Source: Candidatus Bathyarchaeota archaeon
GTDB taxonomy: Archaea > Thermoproteota > Bathyarchaeia > Bathyarchaeales > Bathycorpusculaceae
Direction: 5' to 3'
DNA: 64,000 bases
Assembly (NCBI GenBank): GCA_963780185.1
Contig: CAWABA010000010.1
Span: forward strand, 58,081-122,080
The position numbers were made by a program, and so were the translations under genes. The notes under the pieces were generated by a model. The model had not been told where the DNA came from. It saw only the letters and a program-made list of their open reading frames with translations, and searched no databases. How positions within the stretch are numbered: the stretch's first letter is position 1; each line of letters opens with the position of its first letter. Below, in pieces: positions 63,544 to 64,000 of this stretch.

Positions 63544-63777
63544 ATGGTTCAAGCTTATATTTTGCTTAATGTTGAGCCTGGTGCAGAGGGCAAGGTGCTG
63601 GATAGGCTAAAGGGTCTTGGCATCGTGACTGAAGCTTACGTTTCGTACGGCGTTTATGACCTAGTTATTAGACTCAACGCTGATACCATGGATGAGCTGA
63701 AGGATGCAGTTTCGCATAAAATACGTACCACCGACCAAGTCCGATCCACGGTAACCTTGATACTAATAGAGCAATAA
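63544..63777 (+). CDS. Stand-alone Lrp/AsnC ligand-binding (RAM) domain protein
   Basis: AYILLNVEPG...YGVYDLVI...IR...VRSTVTLI. Confidence 0.88.
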   Translation: MVQAYILLNVEPGAEGKVLDRLKGLGIVTEAYVSYGVYDLVIRLNADTMDELKDAVSHKIRTTDQVRSTVTLILIEQ

Positions 63778-64000
63778 GACGCTCTTGCTTCTTTCTTTTT
63801 CATTTGTCTAGCGGACTAAATTTTTTACGTATTAGCTGGTTTTTTGACTTTTAGTTCATGCAAATCAAAATTTGCTTTAGGTAGCTATACTTGCTTTTTG
63901 CGAAGGCTCTATTTGTAGTTGGGAAAAGCGGCAAACTCGCAAGCAAACTTTATAATCCACAGAATACTTAGGCGAAAGAAAAAATATCAGTCTGACGAAA

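Overview
Archaeal chromosomal window, most likely Candidatus Bathyarchaeia (inferred from gatD/gatE, archaeal TyrS, archaeal DnaG, Elp3, PolB, apgM and many membrane-anchored surface proteins). Core genes (korAB, nrdR-nrdD-nrdG, apgM, tyrS, elp3-gatD-gatE, polB, dnaG, two ABC-2 exporters) alternate with accessory blocks: a glycan-modification cluster at 11-20 kb, secreted Ig/beta-propeller proteins, two toxin-antitoxin pairs, and decayed surface genes at 57-61 kb. Many single-base frameshifts hit core genes and are best read as sequencing or assembly errors. The best candidate for an undescribed system is an AT-rich cassette at 36.8-38.1 kb: a tandem Alba-like protein, a small RNase H/DUF3800-like protein, and an adjacent structured non-coding segment. 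Other highlights: a family of dispersed intergenic repeats sharing a 24-nt core, tandem palindromic operators before two surface-protein genes, NrdR boxes abutting an archaeal TATA box, a PolB with degenerate proofreading motifs, dnaG apparently starting at ACG, and a pilin N-terminus inserted in frame into another secreted gene. No tRNA, rRNA or CRISPR array was seen. All family assignments come from motif recognition by eye, with no database search.
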